The notes: a model not told the origin generated them from the letters alone. A stretch of DNA of 63,625 nucleotides, filler included, from Candidatus Rokuibacteriota bacterium (GCA_031406795.1; 4 parts of 4 records of this genome joined end to end with filler, not necessarily neighbours in it); one strand, 5' to 3'; positions 40,403-53,656 are shown, counted from the whole stretch's first letter. Program-made: numbers and translations.

Positions 40403-41237
40403 TTACGCCTGATGAGCTTTCTCGGACCTTCTTCTCAATGCCACCAAACCGAGCAACCCGGAGCCGAGGAGGAGCATGCTTGAGGGTTCCGGGACGCCGT
40501 GCACGACTTCGTCGCCCGATCCACCAGTGCCCCCTGAGCCGATAACGACGCCTTGGTCAAATCCGCCGCTATTACAGCCGGTGATGGAGATATTGTCGCC
40601 AATCAACGTCACTTGTCCCGTGGCGGACAAGAGCCTGCCGCAATCAATTGTCAGATTGCCGTCGCTGCTGATAAGGTCATGCGCGAGGACATTTCCTGCG
40701 AAGGTCGGGCCGTTGATAGTCGCGGCGCTGGCGACAGTCCAATACAGCCCGACATTTGCACCGGTACCTACATTTTGCACAGCAACATTCGAGGTGGTCG
40801 AGGTGACGAGCGTGCTCGTAAACAGAAAATTCCACACCGCGGTGCTGCTCCCCTGCCCGTCGAGAACAAGGTCTCCAGTCAAATTCGCGATTGAGTCGGC
40901 GCTAACCGTATAGGTGCCCGGAGTGATAAAGCCGCCATTGTCCGCCTGCCACTGGTCCAGGCTTGATCCGATCAATGTGCCTGGCCCATTTGCATTCACC
41001 GCGAGGATCGCCGCGTCGAGTTGGACCTGAGCGTCCTGCGCGATTTGGGTGTTTTGTTGTAACGATCCCGATGTGAAAATGTACCCCCCGGTGACCGAGG
41101 GATTTACGGCGGAACCCAGATTTCCGCCAATGGTGCTATTGGGGTCAGTGGTCACTCCCTCGGCGCCCAGGACCGCGAAACTCGCCAAATCAGGACCCAG
41201 AATGGGGACGGCCGATACCAACGGCGGGCACACAAGC
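40403..41237 (-). CDS. DUF3494 (ice-binding-like) protein with PEP-CTERM sorting signal; 5' end lost in gap
   Basis: SFAVLGAEGVT, ITPGTY, LVLDGQG..AVW.F, YWTVASAATI, FAGNVLA, GRLLS; VPEPSSMLLLGSGLLGLVALRRR. Confidence 0.85.
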
Positions 41238-41337
41238 NNNNNNNNNNNNNNNNNNNNNNNNNNNNNNNNNNNNNNNNNNNNTTAATTAATTAANNNNNNN
41301 NNNNNNNNNNNNNNNNNNNNNNNNNNNNNNNNNNNNN
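41238..41337. other. Assembly gap / contig linker
   Basis: N run with central TTAATTAATTAA. Confidence 0.98.
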
Positions 41338-41524
41338 GCGGCGGGGCGGCGCCGTGCAGTCGCATGGCGGCGCGCGAGGGAACCGCCGCGGCCGCGCCGG
41401 AGCGTCCCCGCAGGGGCGAAGCGTGCTGTCTGAGCCCGCAGGGCGAGTTGCACGCTACGAGCGCAGGCGCGGACAGGCTGCGGACGAGCGCGGAGCTGGC
41501 GACTGCACGGCGCCGCCCCGCCGC
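41338..41524. repeat. ~190-nt highly structured element, copy 2
   Basis: Perfect 26-bp terminal inverted repeat (41338-41363 / 41499-41524); homologous to 16396-16586. Confidence 0.8.
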
Positions 41525-41624
41525 CGCCCACACGGGAACGCCGGTCCGCTGGTTTTTTTCCGATACGACGGCCTGACCTGCTATAATTAAAATTTAATCA
41601 CGAATTTCTATTGAGGAGAGATAC

Positions 41625-44426
<2,802 letters not shown>

Positions 44427-44450
44427 CCGGCCGGCGGCGGCAGATCGTTC

Positions 44451-44480
44451 TTGACACTTTTTTTTGCCGCGTGCTAGACT
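44451..44480 (+). promoter_or_regulatory. Putative sigma-70 promoter for the downstream envelope cluster
   Basis: TTGACA-18 nt-TAGACT. Confidence 0.6.
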
Positions 44481-44544
44481 TTTCCAGGGTTTTCGTGCAG
44501 TTAGGTGCAGGTCCCGCCCGCGGGCGGCGAACGGGGGATATGGA

Positions 44545-46545
44545 ATGCGACGCACGATCCGCCTGACGGTCCTGGCAGCGGCTGCCGGCATGGTGCTTCT
44601 GGGGCTGTCAGTCGCCACGGGTTCCCGCGCCGCGACGATTCTCGTGAAACCGGGCAAGCTCGATCACTTCGTGCTCACCGCGCCGCCGACGGCGCTCGCG
44701 GGCGAGAGCTTCCTCGTGCGCATCGAACCATACGACGCGAGCGGGAACCTCATCACCGAGTTTCGCGGCAAGGCGGGTGTCTTCGCGGTGAACGTCTCCG
44801 CCGGCGGCGAGGCCGTGCCGGGCAAGCTGCGCTCCGAGGAATTCGCGGGCGGCGCAACAGTCAAGGTCGCCAGCAAGCGCGCCGGGATTCTCGAGCTCAC
44901 GGTGACCGAGGGCGAGGGCAGCACGCCGCTCGCCAGCGTGCAGGCCCGCATCCTCCCGAACCGGCTCGATCGTTTCGTGGTCAACGCCCCGCGCGAGGTG
45001 ACCGCGGGCGAGAATTTTCAGGCCCGGGTCATCGCGCAGGACGCTTACGGCAACACCAAGGACGACCTCGCCGACATTCGCGAGGGACTGCGCGTGGAGG
45101 TTCAGGGGACGGGGTCGGCCGCGACTGCGGACAAGACAACGCCGCCATTTCGCGGCGGGGAGGCGACGTTCACGTTTCAGCCGCGCAAGGCCGGTTCGAT
45201 CCGGGTCGCCGTGCAGGAAACGCGGACGCGCAGCGCCGGCGAGAGCGCGGGGATCAAGGTCAACCCGGCGGCGCTCGACCATTTCACCGTCCTCGCCCCC
45301 AAAGCGGCGGTTGCCGGAGAGAAGTTCGTCGTGCTGATCTCGGCCTACGATGCTTTCGAGAACCCGGTGACCAGCTACGAGGCGCAGGGCGACGGCCTCA
45401 GCCTGCGCGCCTCCGGTACGGGCGCCCTCGCTCCGGCGACGGTCGCGGCCAAGGAGTTCAAGGACGGGCAGGCCCGGGTGACGCTGACGTACACCAGGGC
45501 CGAGGCTCTTCGCGTCGTGGTCCGCGAGCAGAATCGCGAGGCCGGCGGGGAGAGCGACGCCATTCTCGTCGCCCCGGGCGACCCGGATCAGTTCCGGGTG
45601 AACACGCCGCCCGAGGCGGTTGCCGGCGAGGGCTTTCCGGTCCAGATCGAGGCGCTCGATCGCTTCGGCAACCTCATCGAGGACTACGATCTGCGCGGCC
45701 TCGAAGTCCTGCTCTCGACGGACGGCCGCGGCCAGCTCTCCCCCGGAGTCATCTCGCCCGCGTCTTTTGTGCGCGGCAAGGCCGCGGTCAACCTGCAGTA
45801 CAACCGGGCCGAATCATTCTCGGTGGTCGCCGCCCTCTCCAAGGAGGCGCTGGAGAAGTTGATCGCCGAGCGCAAGCGTCAGGCCGCGGCGCCGCCGGCC
45901 CCGGTGGTCGCTCCCGAGGATGCGGCGCGGGAGCGCGAACGCGCCGAGGCGGTCAAGGCCCGCGAAGAAGCGCAGCGGGCAAAGGACGAGGCCGAGAAGA
46001 GCCAGTCCAAGGAGGAAGCGGTCAAGGCGCGCGAGGAGGCGCAGCGGGCGCGCGACGAGGCCGTGAAGAAACAGGCGGCGGCGACGAAGCCGCGCGAGGA
46101 AGTCGTCAAGCCCGCCGAGAAGGCTCCCCCCCGGGCGGTTGCTCCTGCCAAGCCGGCCCCGGCGGCCAAGGCCCCCGCGCCGCGCCGCGACGAACCGGTT
46201 TCGTCGGCCAGGCCGACGGTCAAGATCCTCGAGAAGGTGAACGTCGAAGAGGGGAAGGATCAGGTTCTCGTGCGGCTGTCCACGAGCGGCCCGGTCAGCT
46301 ACAACGCTTCCACCGGATCGCGTCTCTCCAAGGAGTGGATCTGGCTCGAACTCTTCCCGGTTCGCGCCGAGGCCTCCGTCGGCACGCAGGTGGCGGTTGC
46401 ATCATCGCTCGTCGGCGAGATCACGGTCGAACAGGCGGAGCCCGAGAAGGTCCGCGTCTCGCTGCAGGTGCTGCCGCCCGGAATCTCGTACGTCGTCACT
46501 CAGCAGGACCGCTCTGTTGTGGTCAAGGTCGTCAGGACGGAATAG
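44545..46545 (+). CDS. Exported protein with four Ig-like repeats, charged helical/Pro linker and AMIN-like C-terminus
   Basis: Signal peptide; 4x (L/P)D.F.V..P....AGE.F.V.I...D..GN; EAVKAREEAQRA repeats; beta-rich C-terminus. Confidence 0.75.
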   Translation: MRRTIRLTVLAAAAGMVLLGLSVATGSRAATILVKPGKLDHFVLTAPPTALAGESFLVRIEPYDASGNLITEFRGKAGVFAVNVSAGGEAVPGKLRSEEFAGGATVKVASKRAGILELTVTEGEGSTPLASVQARILPNRLDRFVVNAPREVTAGENFQARVIAQDAYGNTKDDLADIREGLRVEVQGTGSAATADKTTPPFRGGEATFTFQPRKAGSIRVAVQETRTRSAGESAGIKVNPAALDHFTVLAPKAAVAGEKFVVLISAYDAFENPVTSYEAQGDGLSLRASGTGALAPATVAAKEFKDGQARVTLTYTRAEALRVVVREQNREAGGESDAILVAPGDPDQFRVNTPPEAVAGEGFPVQIEALDRFGNLIEDYDLRGLEVLLSTDGRGQLSPGVISPASFVRGKAAVNLQYNRAESFSVVAALSKEALEKLIAERKRQAAAPPAPVVAPEDAARERERAEAVKAREEAQRAKDEAEKSQSKEEAVKAREEAQRARDEAVKKQAAATKPREEVVKPAEKAPPRAVAPAKPAPAAKAPAPRRDEPVSSARPTVKILEKVNVEEGKDQVLVRLSTSGPVSYNASTGSRLSKEWIWLELFPVRAEASVGTQVAVASSLVGEITVEQAEPEKVRVSLQVLPPGISYVVTQQDRSVVVKVVRTE

Positions 46546-46623
46546 CCGGGGCCGGCCGGCCCGCCGCGCTCCGGACCAGTTCGTCAGCCCTCGGTGAGCG
46601 ACGGGACGCCAGCGGGGCGGGCG

Positions 46624-49512
46624 ATGCAACAGCAGAAGATCCTCCTCCTCGAGAACGTGGCCACGCAGGCCGCCGGGGTGCGCGAGCACCTCTCCCAGGC
46701 CGGGTTGCTGGTGACCGTCAGTCGCTACGAGGCCGACGGGCTCAAGCGCCTCGTGGAGTGGCAGCCCGACCTGGTCCTCGTTTCGACCGCCCATCCGGCG
46801 GGGGACTTCGTCGAATACTGCCGCCGCGTGCGGGCTCTCGCACCGGCGGTGCGCATCGTCGTCACCTCGTCGCACAACCGCGACCAGTTGTTCCAGGAGC
46901 ACCCCGCCCTGTCGGCGATCGTCGACGGGGTTCTGCAGCGACCGTTCCCCGCCGAGGAGGTCATGGAGCTGCTCGTTCCCGCCCCGGTCGCGACGGGCGT
47001 TCCTGCCGGGCAAGCGGCGGCCGAGGCCGGGATAGCCGAATTGCGCGCTGAGTTTCAGCGCCAGCTCGACGCCAGATTCCTCGAGGTCGAGGAGCTCAAG
47101 CGGCACCTCGAGGTGGCGAGCAGGCGGGCCGCCTCGGCTCCCGGACTCGAGTGGCTGCAGTCGGAGAACGATCATCTCCGGCAGGGGGTCGAGGAAACAC
47201 GGAAGAAAGCCGCGCTCGCCCTCGCCACGGAACAGCTCAAGCGCAGCGAAATCGAGGTCAAACTCGACAACCTGCTGCGCATGAAGGAGGACTTCGAATT
47301 TCGCGCGCAGAACGAACTCGAGGAGCGGAGCCAGGAGCTCGAACTGGCGCGCGGGCAGCTGCAGGAGCTGCGCGCGAGTTCCGACAAGGCCGCCGCCGGG
47401 CACGCGACGCTGCGCGTCGAATTGGAGCGCGCGCTGATCGAGAAGGAGCAGATCGAGGAGCGGCTCCACGCGCTGGATACCGGGGGACGGGAGGCCGCCT
47501 CCCCGGAGGCTCGGCCGGCGGATGCGGAGCGCATCGCGGAGCTCGAGGCCGAACTCTCGCGGCAACGCGCGCTGGCGGCCGAGGGACAGGTGGCGCTTGC
47601 CGACACGGCGGCGAAGGCCGCGATGCTCGAAGAAACGCTGGCCCGTGTGCCGGCTGCCCGCGAGGAGCGGGAACGCCTCCTCGCGCAGGCCCGGACTCTG
47701 CGCGAAGAAGCGGCGCAGGCGCAACGGCAGGCCGCGCAGCTGGAGGAGAAGCACGAAACGCTGCGGGAGAAGCTCGCGGCGGCCGAGTCTGCGTCGGCCG
47801 TCGACCGGGCCGCGCTCCACGAAGCGACCGGGCGCGTTGCGGCGACGGAACAGGAACTGGCGGGGCTTCAGCGGGCGCGCGCCGAGGATGAGGATCAGGC
47901 GCGGCAGCAGCGGGACGCTGCCGCCGCCCGGGAGCAGGAGTTGCTCGAACGAGTCGGCGATGCCGAGCGCCGCAACGGGCAGTTGCAGTCGGCGTGCAGT
48001 GACTTCGAGCGGCGGCTGGGCGCGAGCGAAGCTGCCCGGGTGTCGGTAGCGGCCGAGGCGGAAGCGCTCGTCGAGCAGCGCGGCGCCGAAGTCGCGGCGT
48101 CGAAGGCGCGCGCGGAGGAGCTCAGCCGGGAGCTCGAGCCCCTGCGGGCTTTCAAGGCGGCGGCGGAAACTGAAAAGACCGACGAGGCCGCCGAGCTTCT
48201 CGCGCGGGAGTTGGCGGAGTCCCGAACGCGTGCCCGGGAATTGACGCTGGAATGCGAGCGTCTGTCGGAGCTGCTGGCACAGCGCGAGCAGCAGATCGCG
48301 ACGCTGCGCGAAGAGCTGACACAACGCGAGCGGCAGCTCGCGACGGTGTGCGAAGAGCTGGCGGCGGTCGGGGAGGCGCACGAGCGGGAGCTCCGCGGCC
48401 GGCTCGAGATTGCGGATGCGGCGCTCGCCGACGCGCGCGAGGGATTCGCGGCGCGCGAGCGGGAGCTGCTGCTCCAGCTGGCGGACCGGGAGACTGCCGC
48501 GCGGGCCCGCGAAGAGCAGCTCGCGGCCCGGGTGGTTCCGGAGGCCCCGGCAGACCTGGTGCAGCCCGAGTTGCAGCGCATCCAGCAGCTGCTCGAGGAA
48601 GTGTTCTCCCGGGCCAGGACCGAGGCCGTGGACTACGCCCGGCGCGACGCCGAGCTCTCCGTCCGGCTCCAGGCCGCGCTCGACGAGCGCCGGCTGCTGC
48701 AGGAACGGTTCGATCGCGTCAGCGCCGAAACCAGCGAGCGCGAGCGCCGTTCGGCTTCGCTGCTCCAGAGCGCCATCGACCACCGCGCCGCGCCGCCGGC
48801 GGAGCGGGCCAACCTGCCGGCGGTCGTGCCGCAGGACCCCGGTCCCGCGCCCCGGAGGTCGCGCCGCCTGCCCGTCTTTGCGGGACTCGCCGTGCTGGCG
48901 CTGGGTGCCGTGCTGGCGTTCCTCGGGCTGCGCCAGAGCTCCCCGCGCGCGGTTCCTGAACGCCGGCCGGCGCTCCCGCGGCCGCAGGCGGCAGGCTCGC
49001 CGGGCGCCGCAGTGACGCCGCGCGAGGTCTGGGATCGCTGGACCCGCAGCGACGGCTCGGGCGGCGTACTGGTGCAGGCGACGTTGCGCAGCGAACAGGA
49101 GCTGCGCGCCGAGGTCGAAGCCGATCGCGCGCGCGGCATGAGCGACGAGGAGGCGCGGGCGGAGCTGGCGCGGCGATCGAGCGCCTTCCGCTTCGACACC
49201 ACCTGGTACGTGAGCGTCTACCTGAAGAATCTCTCGCCGGGTTACCCGGCCTATCTCGACGATCTCCCCGGCCGCTTCCGACTCCGCGACGGCAGCGGCA
49301 AGGAAGTTCCGGCCTTTCTGCCGCCCGGGCATGAGAAAGACCGCCGGGTCTTCAGTTTCGGCGCCGGCGCCCCCGGGGATCTGTTCTATGAGGCTTCGGT
49401 CTCCCTCGGTTTCGACCGCGCCGGGCTCTCCCCGTCGGCGGGGTACCTTCAACTCGTGGTCTCGGACGTGGGGGCTGCCTCGCGCCGCGTTCTGACCTGG
49501 GAACTTGAATAG
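46624..49512 (+). CDS. Pseudo-receiver + long coiled-coil + single-TM protein
   Basis: Receiver-like N-terminus (KILLLE, PDLVLVS, VLQRP), ~600 aa heptad-rich region, TM FAGLAVLALGAVLAFLGL, globular C-terminus. Confidence 0.8.
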   Translation: MQQQKILLLENVATQAAGVREHLSQAGLLVTVSRYEADGLKRLVEWQPDLVLVSTAHPAGDFVEYCRRVRALAPAVRIVVTSSHNRDQLFQEHPALSAIVDGVLQRPFPAEEVMELLVPAPVATGVPAGQAAAEAGIAELRAEFQRQLDARFLEVEELKRHLEVASRRAASAPGLEWLQSENDHLRQGVEETRKKAALALATEQLKRSEIEVKLDNLLRMKEDFEFRAQNELEERSQELELARGQLQELRASSDKAAAGHATLRVELERALIEKEQIEERLHALDTGGREAASPEARPADAERIAELEAELSRQRALAAEGQVALADTAAKAAMLEETLARVPAAREERERLLAQARTLREEAAQAQRQAAQLEEKHETLREKLAAAESASAVDRAALHEATGRVAATEQELAGLQRARAEDEDQARQQRDAAAAREQELLERVGDAERRNGQLQSACSDFERRLGASEAARVSVAAEAEALVEQRGAEVAASKARAEELSRELEPLRAFKAAAETEKTDEAAELLARELAESRTRARELTLECERLSELLAQREQQIATLREELTQRERQLATVCEELAAVGEAHERELRGRLEIADAALADAREGFAARERELLLQLADRETAARAREEQLAARVVPEAPADLVQPELQRIQQLLEEVFSRARTEAVDYARRDAELSVRLQAALDERRLLQERFDRVSAETSERERRSASLLQSAIDHRAAPPAERANLPAVVPQDPGPAPRRSRRLPVFAGLAVLALGAVLAFLGLRQSSPRAVPERRPALPRPQAAGSPGAAVTPREVWDRWTRSDGSGGVLVQATLRSEQELRAEVEADRARGMSDEEARAELARRSSAFRFDTTWYVSVYLKNLSPGYPAYLDDLPGRFRLRDGSGKEVPAFLPPGHEKDRRVFSFGAGAPGDLFYEASVSLGFDRAGLSPSAGYLQLVVSDVGAASRRVLTWELE

Positions 49513-52500
49513 CGCGGCCCGGGTCCGGGAGCGGAGGCGAGACGCCGAGTCTCCCCGTACGCGCGCGCCGGGGAGGGTGTGCGTGCTGGTCGTGGGAATC
49601 CTCTGGTCCCTGGTCGCCGCCGCCTCGGCAAGCGCGGCAGAGCAGGGCAAGACCCTGCTGCTTCTGCCCGTCGCGGGGGGGACCCCCGGTCAGGAGTGGT
49701 CGGCAAAGGCGCTCGGCGGCATCCTCGAGGACGGCTTTCGCTCCGTGCGCTCCGTCCGCCTGTTGACGGGGACTGCGCGCGAAGTGGCCCTGCGCGAGCT
49801 TTCCGCCAGCGCCACGGTGACGCCCGAGGAATTCCGCGAGATCTGCCGCCGCGCGGGTGCCGACCTCGCCCTCCTCGGCGGGAGCACGCTGGTCGACGGG
49901 CGGCTGGCCCTCGAGATCAGGATCTTCGACGTTGCCGCCGCCCGCGAACTGCTGACCTTCCGCGGGGAGGAGCCGTCGGCGCGGGCGTTCGAACTGGCCG
50001 CCGCCGCCATCCGGCACGTCGCGGCCGAGGCCGCCCTCGGCAGCGCGAATGCCCTGTTCCCTGGGGGTGTCACCGTCTCGCTGGAAGCCTACGCCGCTTA
50101 TCGGGCGGCGTTGATCGAGGAGGCCCCGGCGGCGCGCGTCGAGAAGTTGCGGGGGGTGCTCGCGCTCGACGCCGATTACGCCGATCCGACGCTGCGGCTC
50201 GGGGTCGAGCTCTTCCGGCTCGGTTCGCTGGACGAGGCAATGGGCGTTCTGGAGCGCGCGGTCGCCCTCGCCCCGAAAGTGGCGGAGGCCCGCAACAACT
50301 ACGGGGTCGCGCTCGCCGCCGCCGGCCGCCCGGAACAGGCACAGCGGCAGTTCGAGGAGGCGGTGGCGCTCGCGCCCGAATACGCCGAAGCCCGGCTGAA
50401 CCTGGCGCGCGTGTTCGAGGATCGCGGCCGCTCCTCGGACGCGGAGCGGCAGTACACCGCGATTCTCGAGGCCGACGCCGGCAACGACAAGGCCCGCGCC
50501 GGACTCGCCGCGCTCTACGACGGCACCGGACGGCCCGAACTTGCGATCAGGGAGTTTCGACTCCTGTCGCCGCGCCGCCCCGATCTGGCCGAAGGGGAGT
50601 TCCTGCGCTCCGGGCAGGAGGCGCGCAAGGCCCGCGAGTACGCGCGTGCCGAGAAATTCTTTCTGCGCGCCGCCGACGTCAACCCGCAATTCGCGCAGGC
50701 CTGGGCGGAGCTGGGGACCAACAGCTATCTCGCGGGGGAGTACTCCAAGGGCGTGGAGTACTTCCGCAAGGCGCTCGCGATCGACCCGGGACAGGCGGCG
50801 TTTCACTATTACCTCGCCCTCGCCCTCGACAAGGACCGGCAGCAGGACGAGGCGCTGCGGGAATACCGTCGCGCCGTGGAACTGGGAGGCCCCCCCGAGG
50901 CGCGGCTCGGCCTGGCGCGCGCGGCGCTCGAGGCGGGTGACCCCGGCCTCGCCGTCGAAGAGTTGAATCGACTGCTCGTCGCCAGCCCCGACAATGCGGA
51001 GGCCAAGACGATGCTCGCCCAGGCCACGGGCGAGATGGAGGCGCGCCGCCGGCTCGTCGAGGGCCAGAGCCAGTTCGCGAACCAGCGGCTGGCCCGGCTC
51101 GAGCAGATCGTCGCCGACGCCAACCGCGCCAATCGCGAGCTCGAGGCGCGGCTGCAGGCCGTGACCCGGGACAAGCAGGCGCAGGGCGGGATCGACGCGG
51201 CGCCGGGCGAACTGGCTGCGGAACGCGAAGCGCGCCGGCGCGAAGCGGCGGAGGCGCAAACCGCGCTCGCGCTGCTGCGCACGGAGAAGGAGCGAAGCGC
51301 CCTGGAACTCGCGGAGGCGCGGGAGCGGCTCAAACGCGAGGCCGAGCGGTTTCAGGCGGAACTGGCGGCCGCACAGGCCAGGATTCTCGAACTGGGGCGC
51401 GGTTCCGGGGAGGTCGCCGAAATGCGGGAGCGGCTCGCGGGTCTGCAGGCGGACCTGGCGCGCGCGCAGACCGAGTCCGGACAGCAGCGCGAGGCGCACC
51501 GCCTGGAGGCCGGGCGCGTCAAGGCGGAGCAGGCTGCGGGCGAGGCCGCACGCGGCGAGCTTGCGAAACTGGCAACCGAATCGGCCGAGCTCAAGGGCCG
51601 GCTGCTTGCCGCGCAGGGGGCGACCGCGAAAGCTGAAGAGGGCCAGAAATCGGAGCGCGAACGCGGCGAGCGGGTTCTGGCGGAGGAGCGCGAAGCGCGC
51701 CGGACCGAAGGCGAGCGGTTCAAGTCGGAGCTGGCCGCCAGTGAGGCCGCGCGCGGCGAACTCGGAAAGAAGGTGACCGAGGCGGCCGAGGTCAAGGGTC
51801 AGCTGCTGGCCGCGCAGGGTGCGATCGCACGGGCCGAAGAGGCCCAGAGAGCCGAGCGGAACCGGGGCGAGCGCGCGTTGGCCGCGGAGCGTGAGGACCG
51901 CCGCGTCGAGGTCGAAAAGCTCCGGGCCGAACTGGCGGCCGCCCAGTTCAAGCGCCAGGAGAAGGAGCGGCTGCTACAGGACCTGGCCGCCGAGAAGGCG
52001 CGGACGCTTGCGGCACAGGCCGCGCGAGAGAAGGCCGAGCGCGCTCAAGAACTCGAGCGGGAGGCGCGGCGCGTGGACGTCGAAAACCTCAAGACGGAGG
52101 CCACGGCTGAGCGCGCGAGCCGCAAGAGCGAGGTCGAGAAACTCAGGGCCGAGCTGGCGGCGGCGGTCGGCCGTGCGCAGGACCGGGACCGTCTGGCCCA
52201 GGAAATCGCCGCGGAGCGCAAGCGCGCGCTCGCGGAGCAGGCGGCGCGCGAGAAGATCGAGCAGACGCTCGCCGACCAGCGCGCAGGCGGCGAGCGCGCG
52301 CTTGCCGCCGAACGCCTTCGTGGCGAGCAGGCCGCCGCGGCCGAGCGCGTGGAGTCCCGCCGCCAGGGCGCGTTGACCGCGACGCGCGTGGCGGCGCTCG
52401 AAACTCAGGCGAAAACGCTGGCGGAGTCGCTCCAGACCCGCGACGCGGAGCTGGCCGCGGCACGCTCACGGGAGAGCGCGGTCGTCGCGTCGCAGGTCAA

Positions 52501-52819
52501 GGGCCAGGCCGACCTCGACCTGCTCGCTGAGCGACTGGCTGCGCTCGAGAGCCGGGCGGCCATGGAGTCGCGGACGCTTGCCGAGCGGGAACGCGACCTC
52601 GAGAAAGCGCGGTTGGCGGTGCGCGAGCTCGCCCTGGAGCTTGGACGCATCGCCCTGCGGACCCAGTCCTGGGAGAAGGCGCGAGGGTACCTCGAACAGG
52701 CGGTCGAGGTCGACCCCCGCAGCGGCGAGGCCTGGTACGGCCTCGGCGAGGCGCTCTTTCAACTCGGGCAGTACGAGAAATCGAAACAGATGTACGACAA
52801 GGCGAAGCAAATCTATTGA
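49505..52819 (+). CDS. Exported TPR + coiled-coil protein (start uncertain)
   Basis: Signal-like VLVVGILWSLVAAASASA, many TPRs (AEARNNYG, AEARLNLA, AWAELG), repeat-built coiled coil, C-terminal TPR pair. Confidence 0.82.
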   Translation: MNSAARVRERRRDAESPRTRAPGRVCVLVVGILWSLVAAASASAAEQGKTLLLLPVAGGTPGQEWSAKALGGILEDGFRSVRSVRLLTGTAREVALRELSASATVTPEEFREICRRAGADLALLGGSTLVDGRLALEIRIFDVAAARELLTFRGEEPSARAFELAAAAIRHVAAEAALGSANALFPGGVTVSLEAYAAYRAALIEEAPAARVEKLRGVLALDADYADPTLRLGVELFRLGSLDEAMGVLERAVALAPKVAEARNNYGVALAAAGRPEQAQRQFEEAVALAPEYAEARLNLARVFEDRGRSSDAERQYTAILEADAGNDKARAGLAALYDGTGRPELAIREFRLLSPRRPDLAEGEFLRSGQEARKAREYARAEKFFLRAADVNPQFAQAWAELGTNSYLAGEYSKGVEYFRKALAIDPGQAAFHYYLALALDKDRQQDEALREYRRAVELGGPPEARLGLARAALEAGDPGLAVEELNRLLVASPDNAEAKTMLAQATGEMEARRRLVEGQSQFANQRLARLEQIVADANRANRELEARLQAVTRDKQAQGGIDAAPGELAAEREARRREAAEAQTALALLRTEKERSALELAEARERLKREAERFQAELAAAQARILELGRGSGEVAEMRERLAGLQADLARAQTESGQQREAHRLEAGRVKAEQAAGEAARGELAKLATESAELKGRLLAAQGATAKAEEGQKSERERGERVLAEEREARRTEGERFKSELAASEAARGELGKKVTEAAEVKGQLLAAQGAIARAEEAQRAERNRGERALAAEREDRRVEVEKLRAELAAAQFKRQEKERLLQDLAAEKARTLAAQAAREKAERAQELEREARRVDVENLKTEATAERASRKSEVEKLRAELAAAVGRAQDRDRLAQEIAAERKRALAEQAAREKIEQTLADQRAGGERALAAERLRGEQAAAAERVESRRQGALTATRVAALETQAKTLAESLQTRDAELAAARSRESAVVASQVKGQADLDLLAERLAALESRAAMESRTLAERERDLEKARLAVRELALELGRIALRTQSWEKARGYLEQAVEVDPRSGEAWYGLGEALFQLGQYEKSKQMYDKAKQIY

Positions 52820-52826
52820 CGGAGGG

Positions 52827-53645
52827 ATGCGGATGGCGAAGGTGAAGGTGGCGGGCATCCAGATGGCGTGCGTCGAAGCGCGGGAGAAGAATCTCGCCAA
52901 GGCGGTGACGCTTGGCCGGCTGGCGGCGGAGCACGGCGCCCGCGTGATCTGCTATCAGCAACTGCCGTCGACCGCCTGGTTCCCGCGCGGCCGCGACGAG
53001 CGGCATTTCGCGCTCGCCGAGGGGGAGGAGGGGCCGACGCTCGACGCGCTTCGCCCGCTCGCCGCCGAGGCCGGCGTGACGCTGGTCTGCCCGCTGTTCG
53101 AGCGGTCCGCGGAGGGCGCCTGCTACAACACCGCGGTGGTCGTGGGCCCCGACGGCGGGCTGCTCGGGAAATACCGCAAGATGCACGTGCCGGATCTCCC
53201 CCTCTGGGAGGAGACGTACTACTTCCAGCCCGGGAATGCCGGGTTCCCCGTCTTCGAAAGTCAGGGGCTGCGCTTCGGCGTGCAGCTGTGCTGGGACAAC
53301 TTTTTCCCCGAGGGGACGAGGCGGCTCGCGCTGGCCGGCGCAGAACTGGTCTTCGCCCCGAACGCCGCGGCGTTCGCCACCACCCGCAAGTGGGAGACGG
53401 TGCTCGCCGCCAACGCGATCGTGAACAATCTGTATGTCTTTCGCGTCAACCGCGTGGGCCGCGAGGAACGCCAGGATTTCTACGGGCGCAGCGTCTGCAT
53501 CGATCCCGAAGGGGAATTCCTGCTGCCCCCAAGCGGCATGCACGACGGGGTGGTGTTCGCCGACATCGATCCCGCGGCGGTGCAGGCCGTCCGCGGGGAG
53601 TGGAACTTCCTGCGCGACCGCCGGCCGGAAGCTTACGGGGAGTAG
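52827..53645 (+). CDS. Carbon-nitrogen hydrolase (N-carbamoylputrescine amidase / beta-ureidopropionase-like)
   Basis: YNTAVV, KYRKMHVP, FQPGN, LCWDNFFPE, NRVG; expected QEL reads QQL. Confidence 0.88.
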   Translation: MRMAKVKVAGIQMACVEAREKNLAKAVTLGRLAAEHGARVICYQQLPSTAWFPRGRDERHFALAEGEEGPTLDALRPLAAEAGVTLVCPLFERSAEGACYNTAVVVGPDGGLLGKYRKMHVPDLPLWEETYYFQPGNAGFPVFESQGLRFGVQLCWDNFFPEGTRRLALAGAELVFAPNAAAFATTRKWETVLAANAIVNNLYVFRVNRVGREERQDFYGRSVCIDPEGEFLLPPSGMHDGVVFADIDPAAVQAVRGEWNFLRDRRPEAYGE

Positions 53646-53656
53646 GCCGCCGGATC

